Assembly: GCA_964587885.1 (NCBI GenBank) | Contig: CAZPME010000003.1 | Coordinates: 40,996 to 104,995 of the forward strand | Length of the DNA stretch: 64,000 bases | Direction: 5' to 3' | Origin: an uncultured Candidatus Poseidoniales archaeon | GTDB taxonomy: Archaea > Thermoplasmatota > Poseidoniia > Poseidoniales > Poseidoniaceae | Shown here: positions 46,438 to 55,326 of the stretch, piece after piece | Layout of the letters: each line of letters opens with the position of its first letter | How positions within the stretch are numbered: position 1 is the stretch's first letter | Program-made: the position numbers and the translations under genes | The notes under the pieces: model-generated | What the model was told of the DNA's origin: nothing | Seen by the model: the letters and a program-made list of their open reading frames with translations, nothing else | The model's database searches: none

Positions 46438-47703
46438 TTGTTTTCAAGGGGTAGCCATTGGGCGCAAAGGTCACAGAGGGGGGATGTGCTCTTGCCAATC
46501 AGATTAGGACCAGCAGGCGTGCCATTATCGTGTAAAGGAAGAACTGTCGTCGAGGGTATTGATGACATTATTGCACTAGGCCTAGATACTATGGAATTAC
46601 AGACCGTTCGCATGGTCGCACCACAGCATTTTGAGCAATATTGGCAAGCCGGAGTGCTCGCTAATAAGGCGGACTTTGAGATGAATATTCATGGCCCATA
46701 TTATGCTGAATTACTCGGCGATAAAATGCAGAGGACTCGTACTTTGGCAAAATATGAAGCCGCTCTGCAAGCAGGCAAAACAATCAATGCTCGTCACATC
46801 ACATGTCACGTCGGTGGATATGGAGAATATGGCCGTGGAACCGAAGCAAACGAGCAAGTCGCCAATGTATTTGCTGGAATCGTTGAGCGAGCCGGAGAAT
46901 TGTGGAATGATGATGAAGAATATCCGGTCTTCCCATGGCTCGCTGAGGGTACACCGATGAAGGTTGGAGTTGAGACCAGCGGCAGTCAGGAACTTTGGGG
47001 CTCCCTTGAGGAAGTTCTCGAAGTAGTAAATCACGTTGAAGGTACAATTCCAGTATTGAATATCGCTCACATTCATTCTCGCGGCCATGGTTGTATGCGA
47101 ACCTCGGAAGATTATGGCGAAATGTTTGACGAAGTTAGAAATGCAATCGGCACCAAAGAATTCTATTGCCACTTCTCGGGTATATCTCACCGCACCGGAA
47201 ATGCTCTGCATTATACCCAAATCAAGAAAAGCGACCTCAATTTTGAGCCATTAGCAGAGTTCCTTATCGAAGATGGTGATTGGCTAGATGTAACTATCAT
47301 TTCCGATTCTCCATTGCTTGAGCACGATGCTATGTACATGTATCAACAACTTGAGAAGAGCAGGCACCGACAACTTGAGCGCAAGGCCTTAGAAGAGCGC
47401 CGGCGTGTTTTGGCGGCCTCGGCTGGACTTTCTGAAGAGGAATTAGCAGCCCGTGAGAAGGAGCAGGAACTCGCTAGTAAGGCAGCTCAAGATGCTTCAG
47501 CAAAGGCCAAACTAGATGCCGCTACAGCCAGCAATGAAGCCGCTCAAGAAGCCGAAAAGAAAGAAGGCACTGGCGATTCTAAGAAGCCGACAAAGGCAAG
47601 TAAAGCGAAACCCAAGAAGGGTGATGACAAAGATGCAGAGGATAAAAAATCCGATACTGATGTCTTTGAAGACATCACCGACGAAGATGATGACCTCTTC
47701 TGA
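46438..47703 (+). CDS. xylose-isomerase-like TIM-barrel protein, likely AP endonuclease family 2 (endonuclease IV-like), with Lys/Ala/Glu-rich C-terminal tail
   Basis: RLGPAGVPLS near N-terminus, ...NIHGPYYAELLGDK..., ...ARHITCHVGGYGEYGRGTEANEQ... parallels Nfo (IHAPY.INL ... HPGS). Last ~110 aa lysine-rich and low complexity. Confidence 0.5.
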   Translation: MFSRGSHWAQRSQRGDVLLPIRLGPAGVPLSCKGRTVVEGIDDIIALGLDTMELQTVRMVAPQHFEQYWQAGVLANKADFEMNIHGPYYAELLGDKMQRTRTLAKYEAALQAGKTINARHITCHVGGYGEYGRGTEANEQVANVFAGIVERAGELWNDDEEYPVFPWLAEGTPMKVGVETSGSQELWGSLEEVLEVVNHVEGTIPVLNIAHIHSRGHGCMRTSEDYGEMFDEVRNAIGTKEFYCHFSGISHRTGNALHYTQIKKSDLNFEPLAEFLIEDGDWLDVTIISDSPLLEHDAMYMYQQLEKSRHRQLERKALEERRRVLAASAGLSEEELAAREKEQELASKAAQDASAKAKLDAATASNEAAQEAEKKEGTGDSKKPTKASKAKPKKGDDKDAEDKKSDTDVFEDITDEDDDLF

Positions 47704-47770
47704 GGAGATGATTCTCCGGAATTATTGACGCAAGGCTTGAAATGTTGAGCGGATTCGGTTGGCTTTAGAG

Positions 47771-47843
47771 GGGACAGTAACTCAGCAGGGAGAGTGCCAG
47801 ACTGAAGATCTGGAAGTCGCCAGTTCGAGCCTGGCCTGTCCCA
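47771..47843 (+). tRNA. tRNA-Phe (anticodon GAA)
   Basis: Acceptor GGGACAG/CTGTCCC, D-arm ACTC-AGCAGGGA-GAGT, anticodon arm CCAGA-CTGAAGA-TCTGG (GAA), T-arm GCCAG-TTCGAGC-CTGGC, discriminator A. No encoded CCA. Confidence 0.85.
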
Positions 47844-47851
47844 CTCTCTAC

Positions 47852-48676
47852 TTATTCAATAGAATCAAGAGTTGATTTTTGGATTTGTTGAATTTGAGCG
47901 AGGCCAATCTCCGCCATATCAATCATTGAATTGAGTTGTTCTCGCGTGAATGTCGATTCCTCACCAGTTCCCTGTACTTCGACTAAAGTGCCATCATTGA
48001 GCATGACAATATTTAGGTCGACATCAGCATTGCTATCAAGTAAATAATCTAAGTCAAGATAGGTTTCACCATCTATCAAACCTACACTCAATGCAGATAC
48101 ATCGTTTGGAATAACCATCGCCTCATGTGCAGCCTGCTGTTCAGGAGTTAACTGAGGGGGAGTCCAACCTGCCTTGCGTTCCTCAAAGGTTGGTCTGAGA
48201 TCTTCGGGCAAGCAATCTCCACTGGCGATTAGCCGACGAACCGCCAATCGCATGGCAATAGCGGCAGCTGTGATTGAAGCACAGCGTGTACCACCATCGG
48301 CGTTGAGAATGTCACAATCGACATTCAATGCAAGAGGACCCAATTGTTGCAAATCTATGCTGCCGCGCAATGAGCGAGCTACTAAACGTTCAATTTCTGC
48401 GGTTCGCCCTTTCGGGCCACGACGTTCACGGCGGAAACGACTATTGGTAGAACCGGGTAATAGACTGTATTCTGAATTCACCCATCCTTTGGTAGCATCG
48501 CGTGGGAACCAACTCGGCAAGCGAGATTCTTTGGTAGCACAAGCGAGTACAACGGTTTCACCTTGGCGATATAGTACCGAGGCCAAGGCATTGTTAGTAA
48601 AATCTAATTCTACGCTAATTTCACGCATTTGGTCTTTGGCTCGGCTTGGTTCAAATTCAGTCTTGCTCTTGCCCAT
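47852..48676 (-). CDS. rph: ribonuclease PH (bacterial type) with C-terminal extension
   Basis: GWVNSEYSLLPGST..R.RRE...GPKGRTAEIERLVARSLRGSIDL..LG..AL.VDCDILNADGGTRCASITAAAIAM matches Rph (GRT.EIQRLI, CDV.QADGGTR), not archaeal Rrp41. Confidence 0.75.
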   Translation of the reverse strand: MGKSKTEFEPSRAKDQMREISVELDFTNNALASVLYRQGETVVLACATKESRLPSWFPRDATKGWVNSEYSLLPGSTNSRFRRERRGPKGRTAEIERLVARSLRGSIDLQQLGPLALNVDCDILNADGGTRCASITAAAIAMRLAVRRLIASGDCLPEDLRPTFEERKAGWTPPQLTPEQQAAHEAMVIPNDVSALSVGLIDGETYLDLDYLLDSNADVDLNIVMLNDGTLVEVQGTGEESTFTREQLNSMIDMAEIGLAQIQQIQKSTLDSIE

Positions 48677-48773
48677 AATTCACGGTGAAGGTGGACTCTT
48701 CTTCAATTATTCTGCCCTCCAACAGCAAGACTATACAGGCACAGGTTCAAGTCGTATACTCAAGTCGAAGTTC

Positions 48774-49964
48774 ATGGCTGATTCAGAGGTAGTAATCTGT
48801 GCTGTCGCCCGAACCCCAATCGGTAGGTTTCGAGGAGCACTACGAGAATACAGCGCAATAGAACTCGGCGTGATGGCGGTCAAGGAATTACTTGAGCGAG
48901 CGAGCATCGACCCTGCCAGTGGAATAATCGATGAAGTCCTCTTTGGCCAAGTACTCCAAGCAGGTTCTGGTCAAGCGCCTGCACGACAAGTGGCACTCGG
49001 TGCTGGATTACCCGATAGCATACCTGCAACTACCATCAACAAGGTGTGCGGGTCGGGACTGAAGACGGTAATGCTAGCCGCAAATAGCATCCGCGCCGGC
49101 GAATATAAGGTAATAGTCTGCGGGGGAATGGAATCGATGACCAATGCTCCACATTTGGTATGGGGGCCAAAGCGCGGCGAGGATGTAGCATACGGCGAAC
49201 TCGCTCATTCAATGATTCACGACGGTCTATGGGATGTCTACAATGATGAACACATGGGAATGACTGGTGAGACCGTGGCCAGCGAGTTTGAAATTGAACG
49301 CTCTACCAGTGACGAATTTGCCGCTCGCTCTCATCACTTGGCTCAACAAGCTTGGGATAGTGGCTGGATGGAATGGGAATCATTTCCGGTCGCCGGCATT
49401 GATAGAGAAGGCAATCCAATTACATTAACTCAAGACGAAGGAATCCGTGCTCAAACCTCACTTGAAAGTTTGAGTGAACTCAAACCTGCATTTACTGAAA
49501 CCGGACAAGTTACCGCCGGAAATGCCAGTCAATTATCGGATGGTGCTGCGGCTCTATTGGTCGCCAGTGCAACGACTGCCAAGAAAAACGGCTGGCCCAT
49601 TTTGGCAACAGTTGTCGACCAATTCACTTCCGGACTTGAACCTGCACGAGTGATGGCTGCACCTGTACCTGCAGTCGAAGCACTACTTACCCGAAATTCA
49701 CTTCATGTGGATGACCTTGTCTACATTGAACACAATGAAGCCTTCGCGGTCGCATCATGTGCGGTCGCCAAAGGAGTGGGTATATCCGATGAAAAATTCA
49801 ATCCTCATGGTGGAGCAGTGGCGATTGGTCACCCACTTGGGGCAACTGGGGCTCGTTGCTTGATGACTTTAATCAGTGCAATTACAAGGAAGGGTGGTGG
49901 CAAAGGAATCGTAACCCTCTGTTTGGGTGGCGGTAATGCTGTTGCCATGCTCATCAAAATTTAA
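48774..49964 (+). CDS. acetyl-CoA C-acetyltransferase (thiolase)
   Basis: VVICAVARTPIGRFRG..., NKVCGSGLKTVMLAANSI (active Cys), ...GGAVAIGHPLGATGAR..., CLGGGNAVAM. Start at ATG 48774; upstream part of the ORF (from 48174) overlaps rph on the other strand. Confidence 0.85.
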   Translation: MADSEVVICAVARTPIGRFRGALREYSAIELGVMAVKELLERASIDPASGIIDEVLFGQVLQAGSGQAPARQVALGAGLPDSIPATTINKVCGSGLKTVMLAANSIRAGEYKVIVCGGMESMTNAPHLVWGPKRGEDVAYGELAHSMIHDGLWDVYNDEHMGMTGETVASEFEIERSTSDEFAARSHHLAQQAWDSGWMEWESFPVAGIDREGNPITLTQDEGIRAQTSLESLSELKPAFTETGQVTAGNASQLSDGAAALLVASATTAKKNGWPILATVVDQFTSGLEPARVMAAPVPAVEALLTRNSLHVDDLVYIEHNEAFAVASCAVAKGVGISDEKFNPHGGAVAIGHPLGATGARCLMTLISAITRKGGGKGIVTLCLGGGNAVAMLIKI

Positions 49965-50600
49965 TCACAATAATACTGTACCATGTGAACTATCGTGTAC
50001 TCGGAAAACTTCATGGGTAGAATAACCACCATTGATATGAAACCAAAGGTTTCCTTCAACTCCTTGATTCTGAAGGAATGATGGTCGACAATTGGTGGCC
50101 AACATATTATTAGGGTCACCATCAAGGCGAATAAAGTAACTTTGTCCCGGTTCAAGAGTGGCTGTATTTCCTGATGTAGGATCGGCAGAAATCTCCCAAA
50201 TATCAAGTCCGCCGTATCCATATGTGCCAGGATTAGTGCCTCCGGTAGTGGGGTCTGCGATGGGGGTGGAAAAATATCGGAAAACACCAGTATTACTAAT
50301 ACAATAAAATTGAACTTCGACTTCTGTAGGTGAAATTGAAGTCCCTGCTGGATGATATTTTATCATTATCAAATAATCATCTACACTATCGCCAATCCAA
50401 ATTTTCTCTACGATGATTTTGCTTGAGCCGTCTTTGTCCGAATCAGCACTAGTCTTCTGGGTTTGCTGAGAAATTTGTTCTGTCAACATGACAATTGTCG
50501 AGCCGATCAAAACTGCCAATATTACTACTGCAACAAAAACGATCATTGCCCCTAGGCCAATCGCTCCAGAATCTTCAACACGTATTTTTCTGCCACGCAT
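49965..50600 (-). CDS. archaeal type IV pilin-like / archaellin-family protein (class III signal peptide)
   Basis: N-terminus ..DSGAIGLGAMIVFVAVVILAVLIGSTIV resembles archaellin/pilin prepilin segment (IG.GTLIVFIAMVLVAAV). 211 aa. Confidence 0.5.
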   Translation of the reverse strand: MRGRKIRVEDSGAIGLGAMIVFVAVVILAVLIGSTIVMLTEQISQQTQKTSADSDKDGSSKIIVEKIWIGDSVDDYLIMIKYHPAGTSISPTEVEVQFYCISNTGVFRYFSTPIADPTTGGTNPGTYGYGGLDIWEISADPTSGNTATLEPGQSYFIRLDGDPNNMLATNCRPSFLQNQGVEGNLWFHINGGYSTHEVFRVHDSSHGTVLL

Positions 50601-51197
50601 TTACATCAAATCCTGATTTGCCGATGGGTTCGGACCATAATCTATTACTTTGGTAATCGTATTGGAACCATCTACTGAGATAAGAAGAAAATGAGTTTCG
50701 CTAGGTTCAACATCACAATTATTTAAATTTAAGATCAAATAATATACCTTGTCATTTTCAATTATTGAGACTGCTGCTGCAGTAGCGCCATCACCATCGA
50801 GTTCAGTTACATCTGAAAAATCACCTCTATCAAAATAAAATCCATGATCATTGGAGTTGGCATCTAATGCTGGACAAGCCACTACCCACGAAACGGATGT
50901 ATCAGAAACAATGTTTTGTAAATACGGAAAATCTACATTCAACATCAATGAATCTGTAGCCACATTGGTTGGGTCATAGTCGATTACTTCTAATCTAATA
51001 ATCTGTGCCATTGCTCCTGTATTTGCTGTTGAACGTTCGGATGTTGTTTCTTTATTATCAAACGCAACTTCAGCAATGCGCACGATAATGCTAGAAATGA
51101 CCGCTGCCGCTATCATGATGGCGATGAACATTACTAATGACCCAGTCCCAAATTCGGCCTTTTCATCCCTTGTAATTGAGGTACAAGGCTTCATCAT
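50601..51197 (-). CDS. archaeal type IV pilin-like / archaellin-family protein (class III signal peptide)
   Basis: N-terminus ..AEFGTGSLVMFIAIMIAAAVISSIIV. 198 aa. Tandem with the previous gene. Confidence 0.5.
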   Translation of the reverse strand: MMKPCTSITRDEKAEFGTGSLVMFIAIMIAAAVISSIIVRIAEVAFDNKETTSERSTANTGAMAQIIRLEVIDYDPTNVATDSLMLNVDFPYLQNIVSDTSVSWVVACPALDANSNDHGFYFDRGDFSDVTELDGDGATAAAVSIIENDKVYYLILNLNNCDVEPSETHFLLISVDGSNTITKVIDYGPNPSANQDLM

Positions 51198-51227
51198 AGA
51201 TAGTCCATGAGTGGTCTAGTTCAATAA

Positions 51228-53378
51228 TCATTCTTCTTCGCGAGCATGCATTTCGATTAGTCCATGGTCGGCAATCATTTCCGAATTACCAGGAATTACG
51301 GGAACAATGTCATCGATACGCAAACCGGTAGTGGTGCTAATTTTTCTCGCCATTGCTTCTCTCTTAACTCTCCCTGGGCCAATTTCAGCCCAACGCAAAC
51401 ACAGCGATTCAACTAACTTAGGCACCCCTGCTAATAGCAATGGAATACCATTGATGCTGACTAATCCTAGACCTAGCCGTAAACGCAAATCCTTGTGCCA
51501 ATTTCTCTGGCCTCGCACGATAAAGGCTCCTTTGGCAACATATTCTCCGGTCTCGGCCTGCTTACTTACTTGACTTGGGCGCACCCAAAATGCAGTTCCA
51601 GCACCCCCACCACCATTCCATCCCCGACTCCAACAGAGCGCCATCGTCGCTGCTTGGAGGGCGGAAGCGTCACTGAAATTTGCCACCTCAATATTGTCAC
51701 TGAGTTTGAATGCAGGAATACCAGGTGGTAGATTTACTGGTGGGTGTGGGTCGGCAATGAATCCCTGCTGAAATTTCACCGCACAGGAAGGGGCTCCATG
51801 CAAGTCGGCGTGAAAGTAACGGTCATCGCCTTTGAGATGCTTTTTGACAACGGAATCATTACCTTTTGCATCTCGACCACCAATCATCAAATGCATTCCA
51901 TCGACAATAGTCCAACGATGATTTTCAAACCAAAGTCGTTTAGTCCGTTTCACACTAACGACTTGCCCACTTTTCTCAAGTTTAGATTCCTTTTTCTTGG
52001 CTCTTGCCAACATGGCTTCGGTATCAGCAACTGCCGTTTTAGCACCTTTGCTCTTTTCTTTGTGCTTACTGGCAATTTCAAAATATCTCTGAGCATTTTG
52101 ATGAACGCTCATTTCAATAAATAAAGTGACCTTCATCCCCTTTGCCTCACCTTGGTCATCGGGCAATATCGCCACGATAGAACCCTCGGCTGAGTTACCA
52201 GATTCAATCCAAGGAATTTCCTTAAAACGGCGCTTGGTTTCAGCCCATCCTGCGCTTGAAACCGCGCTATTCACTTGGCTAAGAATATCTTGAATATGAG
52301 TCCAATTATTTTGAATTGCGTGGCCAATTTTTTGTTGCTTTTCGACTTTTTCTGCGAAACCATCTAACGAAGATTCTTGTTGCTTTAGACGTCGTTCAAG
52401 TTTTTCTGCATCACTACTAGGAGAATGTCCAGACACCGTCTTTGATGCTTCACTTTGACGCCGTGAAAGAGCCCCAGCATCGTGATGGCCCTTCCAAGCA
52501 TCGACCGCATCGACAAAACGTGGATACGCAATTTGATGTAAGCCCAAATGTGCTGGCATTAACACAGGTGTCGCTTCAATAGCATGGGTAGCAACCTCTA
52601 TCTCATCATCACTAGAAAGTGCGGAATAATCATCATCAAGAATCAACCACCCCCCCTCATCCGTATTCTCCGTGATGGCTAACTGAGACAATAAATCGGA
52701 TAGTGCTGCTGCAATATTGCCTAACGCCTCATTATTTTGAGCCAATTCTTTAGCCTCCATATCAGCGCTGATTCCAGTCGAATGAAGGACTGCGTTAGCC
52801 AATGGCCCACCCATACTGGCTCGGCCTGCCAATGTCCTGACGACATTGCGGTCTGATTGAGAAAGTAAGTTCCCAAGTTTTTCAGCATCCAAGTCATGAA
52901 GATCTAGGGCTTCAGGTGGGAAGAGATAGGGTTCTCCTTTTTTCAGGACTCGTGCAGAATATTTTGCGTGAGTCAATGGTTGGATAATCGTAAAGGTAGA
53001 ATCAGTCAAGATTACATTTCCATCGCGGAAGCATTCTATTATCACATGCTTAGGACCATCTTTACTGTCTAAATCCAAAGTGATTATTCGGTCGAATCCA
53101 TGTTGAGAAATTCCAGTTAATCGAGCATTACTCAGATGCTTGCGTAATAACATCGCAAATGGTGATGGTTGAGTCGGCATCGGGCGTTCACGCTGAGATA
53201 GATAGACTCGCTTTCCGCGTACGATAACAATATCCTGCTGGGGAGAATCACGGGGTTTCACTCGTAGGACCAATTGCTCATGATGTGGCTGGTAGATTTT
53301 CTTACAATGCGCACCCTGTAACTGCGACATTTCAGCAACGATGCGACGGAGGTCAAATCCCGACATCTCGTCTCGCAT
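51228..53378 (-). CDS. NFACT-family protein (Rqc2/NEMF/FbpA homolog; NFACT-N + coiled coil + NFACT-R/DUF814)
   Basis: N-terminus MSGFDLRRIVAEMSQLQGAHCKKIYQP..EQLVLRV (NFACT-N). C-terminus LWFENHRWTIVDGMHLMIGGRDAKGNDSVVKKHLKGDDRYFHADLHGAPSCAVK (DUF814). Confidence 0.8.
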   Translation of the reverse strand: MRDEMSGFDLRRIVAEMSQLQGAHCKKIYQPHHEQLVLRVKPRDSPQQDIVIVRGKRVYLSQRERPMPTQPSPFAMLLRKHLSNARLTGISQHGFDRIITLDLDSKDGPKHVIIECFRDGNVILTDSTFTIIQPLTHAKYSARVLKKGEPYLFPPEALDLHDLDAEKLGNLLSQSDRNVVRTLAGRASMGGPLANAVLHSTGISADMEAKELAQNNEALGNIAAALSDLLSQLAITENTDEGGWLILDDDYSALSSDDEIEVATHAIEATPVLMPAHLGLHQIAYPRFVDAVDAWKGHHDAGALSRRQSEASKTVSGHSPSSDAEKLERRLKQQESSLDGFAEKVEKQQKIGHAIQNNWTHIQDILSQVNSAVSSAGWAETKRRFKEIPWIESGNSAEGSIVAILPDDQGEAKGMKVTLFIEMSVHQNAQRYFEIASKHKEKSKGAKTAVADTEAMLARAKKKESKLEKSGQVVSVKRTKRLWFENHRWTIVDGMHLMIGGRDAKGNDSVVKKHLKGDDRYFHADLHGAPSCAVKFQQGFIADPHPPVNLPPGIPAFKLSDNIEVANFSDASALQAATMALCWSRGWNGGGGAGTAFWVRPSQVSKQAETGEYVAKGAFIVRGQRNWHKDLRLRLGLGLVSINGIPLLLAGVPKLVESLCLRWAEIGPGRVKREAMARKISTTTGLRIDDIVPVIPGNSEMIADHGLIEMHAREEE

Positions 53379-53440
53379 CTTCGCACCTACCTTGATGTGA
53401 AACCATGTTGCTCAAGAGACCATCGCTTGCTAATTCACTA

Positions 53441-54964
53441 TTAGCAACAATACCAGCCACTTACCCCGTTCTCGACTTTACCTGCGCGATGATGCGACAA
53501 TAAATGCGATAGAGTCTGTTGTTGCGCCAATATCGGGTTGGCTTCTGGCGAATCATCATAGGCGATTGTGGCGATTTCGTCAAGAGATGTAATTCCGGAT
53601 TTTACCGCCTCAAGCACCTTCTCATGGCGTAACATACGGTGAGATATGTAATGCTCAAGGGTCGTCTGTGGTAGCGGTAAAATGACACCATGGCTAGGAA
53701 ACATTAGGTGAGGTTGCAAACTTTTTAGCCGCCCTAACTGCTCAAGATAATCTTCCATACTACCCTCTTGTGGCGGAATGAGAATAGTACCGATTCCAGC
53801 AACCATATCTCCTGCAACTAATCCAGCCTTGCTGAGCAAACATATGTGCCCGTCACAATGACCAGGGGTAACTAATACTTGCCACTCTATATCTCCTTCA
53901 GGACTGGCCAAAGTAATCGTATCTCCATCGACCAATATCCTGTCAATTCTACCACTGATTGCTGCGGCGGTCTCACTACTCGCCATTATTGGAAATGGCC
54001 CCAATTTCTGTAATTCACCTATATCGCCAACATGGTCAAGATGTCTATGAGTGAAAAGAAGACCGACAATCCTACCCCCCTGTAACTCTATTCGAGTGAT
54101 TGCTCGAGAAATTTTCTCCAGCCCTATACGGGTTCGGGCCGCAGCATCGACAATAATGTGGTCTCCACCCGCACCGATAATGTAGGTATTAGTCGTTGAA
54201 GCTGGCGGCAAGGTATGGGTCGGCACTGGCACGCATTCAACTCCATGAGCAAATAGAATGCTACGCTCAGAGGTATTATTGGAAATATCCTCAATCGTCT
54301 TCGACATATCTCCAGAGTGAATTTCTAGTCCTTGCTGTAATTCCTGAAGAATTGTGATGATCGGCGGAGGGATTTTGATTGCGTGTTGGCGCCATTCGGC
54401 AAGAAAATTACTCGGCCTATCCCAGCGGTATGCATCAAATTCGGTCTGTCCTGATAGAATAGGCTCTGGAACATTTGCACCAGCATGAAAATGCATGAAG
54501 CGATTAGCAAAACGCATTGGAGAGAAATTAGGGGTCGTACGCATACAAATCGTATTAATCGCACTACTACAGGGTAAATTCCCGGCTGTATTTTCTTCGA
54601 ACCAACCTTCCTTGGCCTGTAAAACCCTATCACGTGAAGAGTCATTGGCCATCTCAAGTTTTCCCGAATTAATCACAAATCCTAATTCCTCACATAATTC
54701 ACGTTGCATTCCAATGAGACTTGCAGCCAAGTCTCGGTCACTCATTTCAGGAAATATTTCATCAGCAGCTGCTCTATCGACTCGACTAATTCCTCCACCC
54801 GAAAAGGCCCAGTAGCCTGGAAAGGCAGGCAATTCCTCCACTCTATGGCAAAGCAATACCTCAAGGCCATTGGGTGAGTCACGAGTCAGCATCAATGAAG
54901 CCGACGGACGGACTGGTCGAGAGTTAGTAGCCGCAACTTCCAGCCCCTCTGGTACTTCGCTCAT
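53441..54964 (-). CDS. NUDIX hydrolase fused to metallo-β-lactamase-fold domain
   Basis: Nudix box GMQRELCEELGFV near aa 85-100. C-terminal half has the MBL motif LLFTHRHLDHVGD and a downstream TPGHCDGHICL. Confidence 0.6.
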   Translation of the reverse strand: MSEVPEGLEVAATNSRPVRPSASLMLTRDSPNGLEVLLCHRVEELPAFPGYWAFSGGGISRVDRAAADEIFPEMSDRDLAASLIGMQRELCEELGFVINSGKLEMANDSSRDRVLQAKEGWFEENTAGNLPCSSAINTICMRTTPNFSPMRFANRFMHFHAGANVPEPILSGQTEFDAYRWDRPSNFLAEWRQHAIKIPPPIITILQELQQGLEIHSGDMSKTIEDISNNTSERSILFAHGVECVPVPTHTLPPASTTNTYIIGAGGDHIIVDAAARTRIGLEKISRAITRIELQGGRIVGLLFTHRHLDHVGDIGELQKLGPFPIMASSETAAAISGRIDRILVDGDTITLASPEGDIEWQVLVTPGHCDGHICLLSKAGLVAGDMVAGIGTILIPPQEGSMEDYLEQLGRLKSLQPHLMFPSHGVILPLPQTTLEHYISHRMLRHEKVLEAVKSGITSLDEIATIAYDDSPEANPILAQQQTLSHLLSHHRAGKVENGVSGWYCC

Positions 54965-55188
54965 ATCGACTGCTCAGGGGCAAAGGGCTTCAAGGCTATG
55001 GAGATGATGGCCTGCTATGAGCCGAGATGACCCACTTGGTCCGTTGCAGGAACACATGGATGAAATCGCTCAACAACGAGCCTCAAGGCAAGCAAGAATG
55101 AGATTGACCTTAGGTTGGTTCATGACCTTATTGATGCTTGGTTGGGTATCGAAATATGCCTATGGCTTTGTCTAAGCATCCACATTGT

Positions 55189-55197
55189 ATTGAAATA
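55189..55197 (+). promoter_or_regulatory. TATA-like box TTGAAATAT at -33 of tRNA-Gln
   Basis: Same motif/spacing as TTGAAATGT at 47737..47745 (-34 of tRNA-Phe). Confidence 0.35.
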
Positions 55198-55221
55198 TGG
55201 TTAGTGGTTAGGACGGTCGAT

Positions 55222-55297
55222 AGTCCCTTAGTGTAGCGGTCCATCATGGGGGGTTCTGGTCCCCCCGACCACGGTTCGAATCCGTGAGGGACTACCA
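55222..55297 (+). tRNA. tRNA-Gln (anticodon CUG), CCA encoded
   Basis: Acceptor AGTCCCT/AGGGACT, anticodon arm GGGGG-TTCTGGT-CCCCC (CTG), T-arm CACGG-TTCGAAT-CCGTG, discriminator A + CCA. Confidence 0.8.
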
Positions 55298-55326
55298 CCG
55301 CATTGGGACTTTGACTGCAAATAAGT

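Noticed and set aside
48174-48773. 600-nt N-terminal extension of the thiolase ORF
   Set aside because: It overlaps rph on the opposite strand, and thiolase homology begins at the internal ATG (MADSEVVICAVARTPIG).
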